64,000 nt of DNA from Chlamydiae bacterium RIFCSPLOWO2_12_FULL_45_20 (GTDB taxonomy: Bacteria; Chlamydiota; Chlamydiia; Chlamydiales; SM23-39): NCBI GenBank assembly GCA_001796285.1, contig MGMD01000001.1:74143-138142 (forward strand), written 5' to 3'. Made by a program: the position numbers and the translations under genes. Below are positions 17,532 through 27,265 of the stretch, in pieces. Position 1 is the stretch's first letter. Every line of letters starts with the position of its first letter. Under the pieces are notes generated by a model, which saw only the letters and a program-made list of their open reading frames with translations, did not search any database and was not told where the DNA came from.

Positions 17532-19283
17532 TTACCCTCGGTAAATAAGCCCTTTTTGTGGATCGAGGGTGACTTCATCCCCTTCTTTGAGAACCGACAT
17601 GGCTCCATCGGCCCGGCTCATGACAGAAATGTCATAGGTCTTCGCTACAAGAGCTGCATACTTTTCAGAAGCCATATCCCCAATGTAGTTTTGCAAAATA
17701 ACTCCTGCGACAAGCTTGAGAACCGGGAGAAAGAGGTGATTGCAGTGAGAAATAACGACAATTTGCCCTGTGAGTTCCTCGGAGTTGTAGATTTCAGGCG
17801 CTAAGACAAAAACCACTTTGCCTGTCACTTTAGGCCCAAAGCCTTTATGGCCCCGAACAAGAACTTCTCCAATATTTTCCACCCGCATCATATTCGTTGT
17901 CCCTTTCTTCCCAAAAGGCTCGCCTGCAGTCACTACGACGACATCTCCAAAGGAAATCAGCCCCCTCTCAAGAGCAAATTGGCTAGCGGCTGCAAAGGAT
18001 TCTTTCGAATCTTTACACCCCTTCGCAAGCACAGGAATAACCCCCCAGTTAAAGGCGAGCTGATGATAGTTCTTCTCATGCGGAGTGACAGCAATAATCG
18101 GGATCGGAGGTCTTAAGCGAGAAACCAGTCTTGCCGTCCCTCCGCTGGTCGTAAAAGCAAAGATACTCTTGGCATTAGCGCTGTAAGCCGTATTCACGGC
18201 CGCCATAGAAACAGCCGAAGAAACGTCATGGTAATCTTTTTGCGAGTTGGCCCTGAAAAACCCCTGATAGTCAAAGTCTTTTTCTGCCTCCATCACAATT
18301 TCTTTCATCCGCTGGACTGTTTCGATGGGGTACTTCCCAATAGCAGTTTCCCCTGAAAGCATAACAAGAGACGTGCAGTCGTAGATCGCATTGGCCACAT
18401 CGGAAACTTCGGCGCGAGTAGGCCTAGGATTCACAATCATCGACTCGAGCATTTGCGTTGCTGTCACAACGGGCTTACAGGCTTGGTAGCACTTCCGGAT
18501 CATCATTTTTTGCAGTTTCGGAACCAGCGCCAGGTCTACCTCTACTCCAAGATCGCCCCGAGCAATCATCACCCCATCTGAAACCTGGACGATGCTATCA
18601 AAATTTTCAATCCCCTGCGTGCTTTCAATTTTAGCAATCACCTGGATATCAGGTTTCTCCTGCTTAACTAAGAGCGCCTTGATCGTCAAAACGTGGTGGG
18701 CGGAGCGTATAAAGGAAGCTGCAATGTAATCCACGTCGTGTTTACAACCAAACTTAATATCTTCAATATCCGTTTCGGTAAGAGCTGGAAGCGGAATTTG
18801 AGCCCCTGGGATATTCACCCCTTTGCCACTTTTTAAAACGCCCGAGTTTTGTATTTCTACCACCGCACTTTTGTCCGTTTTTTCAATCACCTTCGAGACA
18901 ATATACCCATCGTCAAAAAGAATGTTCATACCGGGCAACATCGCATCGACTACCTCAATCGGATGGATGGGAATCTCATCGAGTTTTTCACTTTCTTTTA
19001 CGACCAGTTTGACCCTTTGCCCCGGCTCTAAGGTGATTTGACCCGAAGGAAGCCTACCCACTCGAATTTTTGGTCCGTGTGTGTCAAGCATAATCGCAAG
19101 GGGTATGTTCTTCTCTTTCCTCGCCTTTTTCAAATGGTTGATCACTTGTAAATGCTCTTTATGCGAGCCATGGCTAAAATTTAATCTAGCTACATTCATT
19201 CCAGCGTCGATCAATGCAAGAATTTTCTCATAAGAGCTGACGGCGGGGCCGATGGTGCAAACAATTTTTGTGCGGGTGTACAT
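17532..19283 (-). CDS. pyk: pyruvate kinase with C-terminal PEP-utiliser-type mobile domain
   Basis: TKIVCTIGPA, NVARLNFSHG, ..MIARGDLGVE.. and MLSGETA form the PK core. An extra ~95-aa C-terminal domain resembles the Bacillus-type PK extension. Confidence 0.95.
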   Translation of the reverse strand: MYTRTKIVCTIGPAVSSYEKILALIDAGMNVARLNFSHGSHKEHLQVINHLKKARKEKNIPLAIMLDTHGPKIRVGRLPSGQITLEPGQRVKLVVKESEKLDEIPIHPIEVVDAMLPGMNILFDDGYIVSKVIEKTDKSAVVEIQNSGVLKSGKGVNIPGAQIPLPALTETDIEDIKFGCKHDVDYIAASFIRSAHHVLTIKALLVKQEKPDIQVIAKIESTQGIENFDSIVQVSDGVMIARGDLGVEVDLALVPKLQKMMIRKCYQACKPVVTATQMLESMIVNPRPTRAEVSDVANAIYDCTSLVMLSGETAIGKYPIETVQRMKEIVMEAEKDFDYQGFFRANSQKDYHDVSSAVSMAAVNTAYSANAKSIFAFTTSGGTARLVSRLRPPIPIIAVTPHEKNYHQLAFNWGVIPVLAKGCKDSKESFAAASQFALERGLISFGDVVVVTAGEPFGKKGTTNMMRVENIGEVLVRGHKGFGPKVTGKVVFVLAPEIYNSEELTGQIVVISHCNHLFLPVLKLVAGVILQNYIGDMASEKYAALVAKTYDISVMSRADGAMSVLKEGDEVTLDPQKGLIYRG

Positions 19284-19326
19284 GAGTGTATGTTACAGGA
19301 ACTCTCTTTTTGATAGAATCTCCGAC

Positions 19327-22300
19327 ATGATTCGATTGAAAAAAGTTTCCGTCCACAACCTCAAGGCAGTCGATTTAGAGTTAGAACCTGGAACCTTCAT
19401 TGTGTTTACAGGGGTTTCCGGCTCAGGTAAATCTTCTTTGGCTTTCGATACGATCTATGTCGAAGGGCAGCGCCGCTACATCGAATCGCTTTCCCATCAG
19501 GCAAGGAGATTTTTGGGAGAGCTCCCTAAACCAGAGGCTGAGAGCATCTCTGGCATCGCCCCGACCATCGCCATTGAACAAAAAACAGCAGGTCGCTCTC
19601 CCAGATCAACAGTGGGAACAATGACTGGGATCTACGACTATTTACGAGTGTTATTTGCCCGGATCGGCACTCCCCACTGCCCCATCAGTAAAGAGCCGGT
19701 CCAAGCCCAAAGCCAAGAAAAAATCATTGCGGAAATCCAAAATCTCAGTCCAGGCACGAAAATTATCATCCTCGCCCCCTTTGTAAAAGGAAAAAAAGGA
19801 CAGTTTAAAGAGGAGTTTTTAGAGCTTCTCTCCAAAGGATTTTTACGCCTTCAAATCGATGGCGAATTTGTCGATTTGAGCGAAGAAGTGACCCTGGATC
19901 CCAATGTAGCACATGATGTCGACATCGTCATCGACCGGCTCGTCGTCAATCCTGACAGCCGATCCAGAATTTTAGAGAGCGTTCAGCTCGCCTTAGAAGT
20001 GGGTCAAGGATTTTTTAGCGTCAACGACACTGTATACTCTCAATTTGCTCACTCCGCCACATCTGGCTTATCCTATGGCCCTTTAGAACCTCACGATTTC
20101 TCCTTTAACCACCCACTGGGCATGTGCCCCACCTGTCAGGGCATTGGGAAACTCGCTCAGTTTACTATGGAAAAAATCATCGATCCGCAAAAAAGTATTG
20201 CCGAAGACTGCTGCTCGATTGCTGGACATTATGATACAGTACGCTACGGAAACATCTACAACAATTTGGCCAAGATATATGGTTTTGATGTAAAAAAATC
20301 GTGGAAAAAACTGTCCCAAGAAGCAAAACAGGTCTTTCTTTACGGTACAGAAAAAAAGTGGACCCGCATGCGCTTCTCCCATCCAACCAAACGGACTCAC
20401 TGGTTTGAATATGTCCATTGGAAGGGCGTGATCCATGAAGCGAGAGAAAGGCTGGCCGCAGCAAAAAGCGACGCCTATCGAAAGAAAATGGGTGAGCTCA
20501 TGAGCCTCGCTACCTGTGCCGATTGTAAAGGGTCTCGTATTAAGCCCTATCCGGCAGCAACCCTTCTTGGAGGGCAAAGCATTCATCAACTCACGGCTAT
20601 GCCTCTAGAAGAGTTTTTGGCATTTTTTCATTCTCTAAAACTTACGGAACTAGAGCACATCATTGGAGATGAGCTGATCAAAGAGCTCAAAGAAAGAGTA
20701 CAATTTTTACTTGGGGTGGGACTTAGTTATCTTTCCCTTGAGCGAACATCCCCCACTTTATCTGGAGGAGAAGCGCAACGAGTCCGCCTCGCCTCTCAAA
20801 TCGGTTCAGGCCTTGTAGGCGCTATTTATGTCCTGGATGAACCCTCGATCGGCCTTCATCCCATTGACCACCATAAACTCATCGCCACCTTAAAACATCT
20901 TCGTGACCAAGGGAATACAGTCATCGTTGTCGAGCACGATCTGGACACAATTTTAAGTGCAGACCGTATTGTAGATGTAGGACCCGGAGCTGGAATCCAT
21001 GGTGGACAGATTTTGCATTTGGAAGACCCTGCATCAATCACAGGGCAATACCTCTTTGGTAAGCTTGCCATTCATCCTCCTAAGAAGCGAAGAAAAGCCG
21101 CAGGGACACTCCTTTTAAAAAACGCCTGTCAAAATAACTTAAAGAATCTCTCCGTCCCCATTCCTTTGGGTGTTTTCGTCTGTATTACAGGAGTGTCGGG
21201 TTCCGGAAAATCATCTTTGATTGAAGATACGCTTTTGCCCGCTTTAAAGACCCGCTCTAATGATTTGGAAGGACTCGAACAGATCGACAAAGTCATTCAC
21301 GTTGATCAATCTCCTATTGGAAGAACCCCCCGATCAAACGCGGCCACCTATATCAAACTCTTCGATTTGATTCGGGATTTTTTTACAGAACTTCCTGAAA
21401 GCAAACTGAGGGGGTTTGAGGCAGGCCATTTCAGCTTTAATGTTAAAGAAGGATCTTGCTCCTACTGTTCTGGCCTTGGGCAGATAAAAATTGACATGGA
21501 TTTTATGGAAGACGCTTGGGCTGAGTGCCCTCAGTGCAAGGGCAAACGCTTTGATCCCGAAATTTTAGCCGTCCACTACAAAGGAAAATCGATTTACGAT
21601 GTGTTAGAGCTCGATGTTGAGCATGCAATCGAACATTTTGATGCAATCCCAGCCATTCGAAACAAGCTAGAACTTTTGCGTAAAGTAGGCCTGAACTACC
21701 TGAGCTTAGGCCAGCCCTCAACGACTCTATCTGGCGGAGAAGCCCAACGGATTAAACTCGCTAAAGAGCTGGTTCGTCCCGCGACCGGGAAAACGATCTA
21801 CATTTTAGATGAGCCCACCACAGGGCTTCATTTCCACGACATTAAAAAGCTAATTGAAATCCTCCAGGAACTGGTCGATCGGGGTAATACAGTCATTGTC
21901 ATCGAACACAGTATGGAACTTATCAAATGTGCAGATTGGGTCATCGACTTAGGCCCTGGCGCGGGGGATCACGGAGGCCAAATCGTCGGTATGGGGACTC
22001 CTGAAAGCATTGCGAAACTCAAAACAGCTACAGGGTTGGCTCTTAAAGGCCTAAAAAGAGAACAAAACACCCCTTCTTCTATGAAAGAACCGAGAGAGAT
22101 CCTTGTTGAAGGCGCGTGCCAAAACAATCTAAAAAACGTGTCGATGAAAATCCCTCGCGGTAAGATAACAGTCTTCACAGGCCCTTCAGGATCTGGCAAA
22201 TCCTCCATGGCTTTTGAAACCCTCTATGCGGAAGGGCAGAGAAGATACACAGAAACGCTCAGCCCCTATGCCAGAGCTCTAGTCAAGCAACTGCCTAAAC

Positions 22301-24729
22301 CGAAGCTTGAAAAAATAGAAGGCCTTTCCCCTTCCATCGCCCTGGAACAAAAAACGGGGGGGCTTAATCCGAGAAGCACTGTAGGCACCATTACAGAAAT
22401 TTACGATCTTTTAAGAGTGCTCTTTGCCCACCTCGGCATCCCCCACGACCCGGTTACAAAAAAACCCATTGGGATCGTCAGTAAAAAAACGATTGTAGAA
22501 ACGATTTTGTCTCTACCCAAAGGAGAAAAAATCCAACTTCTCACACCGATTGTCTTTCAAAAGAAGGAGACCTTTGAAGGGCTCATGGAAAGACTCAATC
22601 GGGAAGGGTATTTGAGAATTCGGTTAAACGGCCAAGTGTATGAGCTAGATGCAAACATCCCGTACGAAAAATTTAAGAAAAATGAGCTTTATCTCGTCAT
22701 TGACCGAATGCTCGTCGATGAACAGGCGGAAAAACGCATCTATGAAGCTCTTTCGAAAGTTGACGAGACGCTCGTGATTGCCAGGCCAAACGAGGATCTT
22801 ACCCTCCATCTTTCCAAGGAAAAAAAGAACTCTCCCCAAACCTTCTCTTTTAACCACGAAGAAGGGATGTGTCCTGAATGCCAGGGGTTGGGAGAAACAT
22901 ACGGTGCCCATCTAGAACAGAACCGCTCGATTCAGCGCTTGTCCATTTACGATGTGATCGACCGTCTGATGAAAGACAAGGGAACCAGCAATACCTACAG
23001 GCTACTAGAGACCTACTTCAATCAAGTAGGAGAAAACAAAGAGATCCTACTTCATGGGGGACCTGAAGTAGAGGTGAAAAAAGGCTTCCACATCAGGTGG
23101 ATCGGTCTACATACTGCGTTTGCTAACGCGGCCCGAATGGGCCATGGAGCCATTCGAGAGGCCATTTTGCCTATGATGAAGGCGAGTCCGTGCCCTGAAT
23201 GCCAAGGAGCCCGTTTGAATGCAAAAGCAAGGCACGTCTTCCTTAACAAGCTCTCGATCCACGATGTTTCTACCCTGAGTATCGAAAAGGCTCGCGCCTT
23301 TTTACAATCGCTAAAATGCCCTATCTATTTGCAAGAAACTCAAGCACAACTACTGAAATACTTAGATTTCCTTCTCTCCATTGGACTTCACTACCTATCT
23401 TTAAGCCGCTCTGCTCCTTCTCTTAGCGGCGGAGAGCTGCAGCGAATCCGCCTTGCTAAACAACTGGGCTCAGGCCTCACATCGTGCCTTTACATTCTCG
23501 ATGAACCTACCATCGGACTCCACCCATTCAATAATGAGTTGTTAAATGACGCGCTTAAGCGTCTCCGAGATCTCGGTAATACCTTGATCCTAGTTGAGCA
23601 TGACCCCATGACCATTCGGGCTGCAGATTACCTATTTGACTTTGGTCCTAAAGCAGGGAAAGAAGGAGGCATGATCACGGCATTCGGCACAATTTCAGAA
23701 ATTGAGAAACATCCCCACTCACTGACAGGAGCCTACCTCAGCGGCAGAAAGAAAGTGCCTATCCCTACCATCAGGAGAACCTTTTCCTCCCCTATTAAGA
23801 TTGAGAATGCGACGCTGCATAACTTAAAAAATATTACCGTAGAGATCCCAACAGCAGCGATCACCTGTCTAACTGGAGTTTCGGGCTCAGGAAAATCATC
23901 CCTCATGAGCTATTTAAGGAGAAAGGACAAAAATTTTGATGCGATCCTCCATATTGACCAAAGTCCCATTGGTCAAACGCCCCGTGCAGATGTCAGTACC
24001 TATTCAGAAGTACAACCCCTTATCCGAGAGCTTTTTGCATCCATGCCGCTCGCCCTTACCAAAGGGCTTTTACCTCGCCATTTCAGCCCGAACCACCTCC
24101 GCGGTATGTGCCGCACTTGCTGGGGGCTGGGTTATAAAACAGTGAACTTACAGTTTCTTCCCTCCGTTCAGATCGAATGCGATGCCTGCCATGGGCATAG
24201 GCTCAACCCTATTTCTCTTGAGGTTCGATACCGTGGCAAACACTTTGGAGAAATTCTTCAGATGACTGTAGAAGAATCACTTATTTTTTTTCACGCGATC
24301 CCTAAAATGGTAAAAAAGCTGGAAATTCTCCGTTCCGTCGGCCTTCATTACCTCAAACTCGGCCAAGAGCTCATCTCGCTTTCTGGGGGCGAGGCGCAAA
24401 GGCTGAGGCTATCTCGCGAGCTTGCGAAAAGGTCTTCTGGGAAAAACCTTTACTTAATCGATGAACCCACCGTGGGGCTCCATCCAGAAGATGTCCTCAA
24501 GCTCCTCGCAATCTTCCACCGCTTGGCCGATAAAAAAAACACCCTGGTCATCATCGAACATAATGTGGATGTAATAGTCAATGCAGACTATATTATAGAC
24601 CTAGGCCCTGATGCAGGGGATGCGGGAGGATACGTCATAGCGCAAGGGACTCCCGAAGAAGTAGCTCTTTCTAAACAATCAAAAACAGCAAAATATATTC
24701 GAAAGCTGCTACAATCCAGCAAGAGGTGA
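19327..24729 (+). CDS. uvrA: excinuclease ABC subunit A, double-length (tandem UvrA-UvrA fusion)
   Basis: There are four Walker A motifs: GVSGSGKSSLAFDT, GVSGSGKSSLIEDT, GPSGSGKSSMAFET and GVSGSGKSSLMSY. There are four LSGGE signatures and Zn-finger Cys pairs. I chose the ATG at 19327 (MIRLKKVSVHNLK). Confidence 0.95.
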   Translation: MIRLKKVSVHNLKAVDLELEPGTFIVFTGVSGSGKSSLAFDTIYVEGQRRYIESLSHQARRFLGELPKPEAESISGIAPTIAIEQKTAGRSPRSTVGTMTGIYDYLRVLFARIGTPHCPISKEPVQAQSQEKIIAEIQNLSPGTKIIILAPFVKGKKGQFKEEFLELLSKGFLRLQIDGEFVDLSEEVTLDPNVAHDVDIVIDRLVVNPDSRSRILESVQLALEVGQGFFSVNDTVYSQFAHSATSGLSYGPLEPHDFSFNHPLGMCPTCQGIGKLAQFTMEKIIDPQKSIAEDCCSIAGHYDTVRYGNIYNNLAKIYGFDVKKSWKKLSQEAKQVFLYGTEKKWTRMRFSHPTKRTHWFEYVHWKGVIHEARERLAAAKSDAYRKKMGELMSLATCADCKGSRIKPYPAATLLGGQSIHQLTAMPLEEFLAFFHSLKLTELEHIIGDELIKELKERVQFLLGVGLSYLSLERTSPTLSGGEAQRVRLASQIGSGLVGAIYVLDEPSIGLHPIDHHKLIATLKHLRDQGNTVIVVEHDLDTILSADRIVDVGPGAGIHGGQILHLEDPASITGQYLFGKLAIHPPKKRRKAAGTLLLKNACQNNLKNLSVPIPLGVFVCITGVSGSGKSSLIEDTLLPALKTRSNDLEGLEQIDKVIHVDQSPIGRTPRSNAATYIKLFDLIRDFFTELPESKLRGFEAGHFSFNVKEGSCSYCSGLGQIKIDMDFMEDAWAECPQCKGKRFDPEILAVHYKGKSIYDVLELDVEHAIEHFDAIPAIRNKLELLRKVGLNYLSLGQPSTTLSGGEAQRIKLAKELVRPATGKTIYILDEPTTGLHFHDIKKLIEILQELVDRGNTVIVIEHSMELIKCADWVIDLGPGAGDHGGQIVGMGTPESIAKLKTATGLALKGLKREQNTPSSMKEPREILVEGACQNNLKNVSMKIPRGKITVFTGPSGSGKSSMAFETLYAEGQRRYTETLSPYARALVKQLPKPKLEKIEGLSPSIALEQKTGGLNPRSTVGTITEIYDLLRVLFAHLGIPHDPVTKKPIGIVSKKTIVETILSLPKGEKIQLLTPIVFQKKETFEGLMERLNREGYLRIRLNGQVYELDANIPYEKFKKNELYLVIDRMLVDEQAEKRIYEALSKVDETLVIARPNEDLTLHLSKEKKNSPQTFSFNHEEGMCPECQGLGETYGAHLEQNRSIQRLSIYDVIDRLMKDKGTSNTYRLLETYFNQVGENKEILLHGGPEVEVKKGFHIRWIGLHTAFANAARMGHGAIREAILPMMKASPCPECQGARLNAKARHVFLNKLSIHDVSTLSIEKARAFLQSLKCPIYLQETQAQLLKYLDFLLSIGLHYLSLSRSAPSLSGGELQRIRLAKQLGSGLTSCLYILDEPTIGLHPFNNELLNDALKRLRDLGNTLILVEHDPMTIRAADYLFDFGPKAGKEGGMITAFGTISEIEKHPHSLTGAYLSGRKKVPIPTIRRTFSSPIKIENATLHNLKNITVEIPTAAITCLTGVSGSGKSSLMSYLRRKDKNFDAILHIDQSPIGQTPRADVSTYSEVQPLIRELFASMPLALTKGLLPRHFSPNHLRGMCRTCWGLGYKTVNLQFLPSVQIECDACHGHRLNPISLEVRYRGKHFGEILQMTVEESLIFFHAIPKMVKKLEILRSVGLHYLKLGQELISLSGGEAQRLRLSRELAKRSSGKNLYLIDEPTVGLHPEDVLKLLAIFHRLADKKNTLVIIEHNVDVIVNADYIIDLGPDAGDAGGYVIAQGTPEEVALSKQSKTAKYIRKLLQSSKR

Positions 24730-24733
24730 AAGA

Positions 24734-25105
24734 ATGTCTGAACATCATCCGATTACTTCGAAGAAAAGGGCGGGAGCCCTTTCCTCCTCCCTTTTCTTAG
24801 TGGGACTTGCGACTCTGATCTTTACTCAGGCCTGGTGGCCTGGGATCATGCTGATTGTGGGACTACCTCTGGCTCTCAGACAGTATCTTTTAGGTCGAAA
24901 CTACGACATGCTCGTGACTCTTGTGGTCTTCATAGGAACCTTTGTCACCGTCCAATTCGATATCTCTTGGCGTATCTTTTTGCCCATCCTATTTACGCTC
25001 GGTGCAATTTATATTTTTTTCCGGGAATTTTTCGGTCCCGATGAGACCGATGAACAAGAAAGAGAAGAGCAGCTCAACCACGAAATCGAAGAGAATAAGA
25101 AATAA
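24734..25105 (+). CDS. small hypothetical membrane protein with acidic tail
   Basis: 123 aa with about three hydrophobic segments and the tail DETDEQEREEQLNHEIEENKK. It starts 5 nt after the uvrA stop. I recognise no family. Confidence 0.55.
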   Translation: MSEHHPITSKKRAGALSSSLFLVGLATLIFTQAWWPGIMLIVGLPLALRQYLLGRNYDMLVTLVVFIGTFVTVQFDISWRIFLPILFTLGAIYIFFREFFGPDETDEQEREEQLNHEIEENKK

Positions 25106-25195
25106 GAGATCCGTAAATACATACCCAGTTACGAGGATCGATTTTTTGCGCTTTGACGCATCCAGAAGCTATCAATAAAATTTTAAGCGACTATA

Positions 25196-25465
25196 TTATA
25201 ACTCTCGAGTCTCTTGCTCAAGCTTTAATGCGTGTTCTTGAAGAATTGCAACCGTTTCTTTGTCTTCTGGATGTTGCAGAAATCTCAATACATCCATGTA
25301 AAGAAGCTCTGCTTCCATTGCAAGAGGACCTCCTATTTGAGCCGCCATCGAGAGAATGTCATCCATTTGAGCCTTACAGGTTCCTCTACGAGCAGGGTTA
25401 AAAAGATCTTTAAACATGGCTCGCAACTCATTGCCTAGCTTGCAATATAGATCCATATCACCCAC
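25196..25465 (-). CDS. hypothetical protein (89 aa)
   Basis: Its start overlaps the stop of the upstream 595-aa ORF by 8 nt, which suggests co-translation. No recognisable motif. Confidence 0.45.
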   Translation of the reverse strand: MGDMDLYCKLGNELRAMFKDLFNPARRGTCKAQMDDILSMAAQIGGPLAMEAELLYMDVLRFLQHPEDKETVAILQEHALKLEQETREL

Positions 25466-27245
25466 CTGTCTTTGAATAGCTTCTCATTACGTTACGGTGC
25501 GATTCAATCAATCCTCTCAACGTTGCGGCTCCAGAGATAAATTTTCCTATGTTTTCCGCTTCTTGTTGTTCCATATCGGGGTATTTTCTCAAAGTCAAAG
25601 CCCTCTGGACAAAATGGCGCAAAAATCGATTGGCCGAGTGCTCTTGGATAATAATCTGACTTAACCGCTGAAAGCCCTCATACGTTTGGGGATCTTGAAG
25701 AGAAAGTCCCAGCTGTAAAGCAAGGGTCGGCCATTCTTCAACGGTTTGAAAAAAAGCTTCATCAACCCATTCCTCTTCCTGAATAGGAAGATTATACAAA
25801 AATCCGCTAGTCATCCCTCGAATACAGTGCAAGGTACCTTGGTATTCAGGAAGACGATTTTCTACCAGCGCAACGAGATCTTTCAGAAAGTATCTCGCAT
25901 GTTCCCTGCCATCATAAAAAAAAGTCTTTCCCTGCGATATAGCCTCAGAAAAGGACTGATTTCCACGAATCCCTACCCAATTACCGCTTAAGGATAAAAG
26001 AGCCCTGAAATCGTTTTGAGAAAGTTCTTTAGGAGAGAGGATACGGAGCTTCTTACCGGAAGCAGAAATCGGGATCAAATGCAAACGATCCCCAAGGTGA
26101 ATTTCGATTTCCTGTACTCCCAATTCCCACTCTAGGATCTCTTTTCCTTTCTGCTTTTGCCTTTCCACAAACTGCAGAAACCACCCCAAGTCTGGCACAC
26201 AAAGATCAATGCTTCGATCGTCTTGCTGAAGTGACTTTAAAAGAGCGTGTAAATAGATGGCCCCGCCTATTTGCGTGGAAAGATAGGCAAGATAAAACAA
26301 GTTTTCTGGATTCCTCATCCGTAAAAGATCTGGATTCGATATATCACGCCAAGAAGCTTCGAGCGGCTTTCTCACAAGCACTCCCTTTTCTAAAAAGTGG
26401 AGCCCCATAGAATGGTTATGAGATTTTGGATGAAACCAATTAGACTCTAAAAACCCATACTCTCCCACAGATTCGATGGTCGGCATAGTCCCACCATCCA
26501 TTCCCTTCAACTTATCTACCATAGAATCAAAATGAGGATAATACGTTGGGAGTTGGACAATGAGATCAGAAGACCTAAGAAGAGAAAGAACCTCGGGAGA
26601 TACGGCTTCAAGAGGGCAATCTTTGGCATACGCAATCAAAATCGAATTCTCAGGCCTGAGCAAGCGATCTGCCATTGTTTCAGGAACTAATGCCACAAAA
26701 TGAAGGGCCAAATCAGCAAAGCGCGTTTTTAAAAGGCGCAATACTTCTGACGCCGCAATATAATCCCCCAATCCGTCATTAATCACCCAAGTAAAGAGTG
26801 TGACCTTTCCTGCAATTTCACAGGTGGAATAAAGACTGTAAAGGGCGGGGATGCAGGCATGCTTTTTTAAACTAGGAAGGTGGGTGAAAGGATGTTTCAC
26901 ATAAGATTGGCTGGGAAAATTGCGATGATACATCCTGGGAAGGCCACGATAGATGCGGGGAAAATAACGCCATAAACCAAGCTCAACAAAATCCTTTTCT
27001 GGAAATGCTTCCATTAGTACTTTTTCTAAGTAGACAACCCCCTTGTCGCGAAAAAAGTTCTGATAGAGCTCTATGACCTCATCTAAGGGCGTCTGATGGT
27101 TCGGTTCTGTCAACCTTTGAAGAAGAGCCTTGAGACATTCATCTGAACCAGGATCCCAACCTTGCTCTTGCACCCGTTTTTCCACTTGACCTTTCAAGAG
27201 CCTGAGTAGCTCCGCATGAAATAGACTGATTTCTTGCACACACAA
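25458..27245 (-). CDS. hypothetical protein, possible GT-B (EarP-like) glycosyltransferase core
   Basis: 595-aa clean ORF. The landmarks TLFTWVINDGLGDY, LFYLAYLS and VGIRGNQSFSEAISQGKTFFY resemble the EarP/GT104 landmarks (F-C-x-VVDNYGDIG, LFAYEN, VRGEDSFVRAQWAGKP). This is by eye only. Confidence 0.7.
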   Translation of the reverse strand: MCVQEISLFHAELLRLLKGQVEKRVQEQGWDPGSDECLKALLQRLTEPNHQTPLDEVIELYQNFFRDKGVVYLEKVLMEAFPEKDFVELGLWRYFPRIYRGLPRMYHRNFPSQSYVKHPFTHLPSLKKHACIPALYSLYSTCEIAGKVTLFTWVINDGLGDYIAASEVLRLLKTRFADLALHFVALVPETMADRLLRPENSILIAYAKDCPLEAVSPEVLSLLRSSDLIVQLPTYYPHFDSMVDKLKGMDGGTMPTIESVGEYGFLESNWFHPKSHNHSMGLHFLEKGVLVRKPLEASWRDISNPDLLRMRNPENLFYLAYLSTQIGGAIYLHALLKSLQQDDRSIDLCVPDLGWFLQFVERQKQKGKEILEWELGVQEIEIHLGDRLHLIPISASGKKLRILSPKELSQNDFRALLSLSGNWVGIRGNQSFSEAISQGKTFFYDGREHARYFLKDLVALVENRLPEYQGTLHCIRGMTSGFLYNLPIQEEEWVDEAFFQTVEEWPTLALQLGLSLQDPQTYEGFQRLSQIIIQEHSANRFLRHFVQRALTLRKYPDMEQQEAENIGKFISGAATLRGLIESHRNVMRSYSKTGG

Positions 27246-27265
27246 CCATTAAAAGAAAACAAGGC

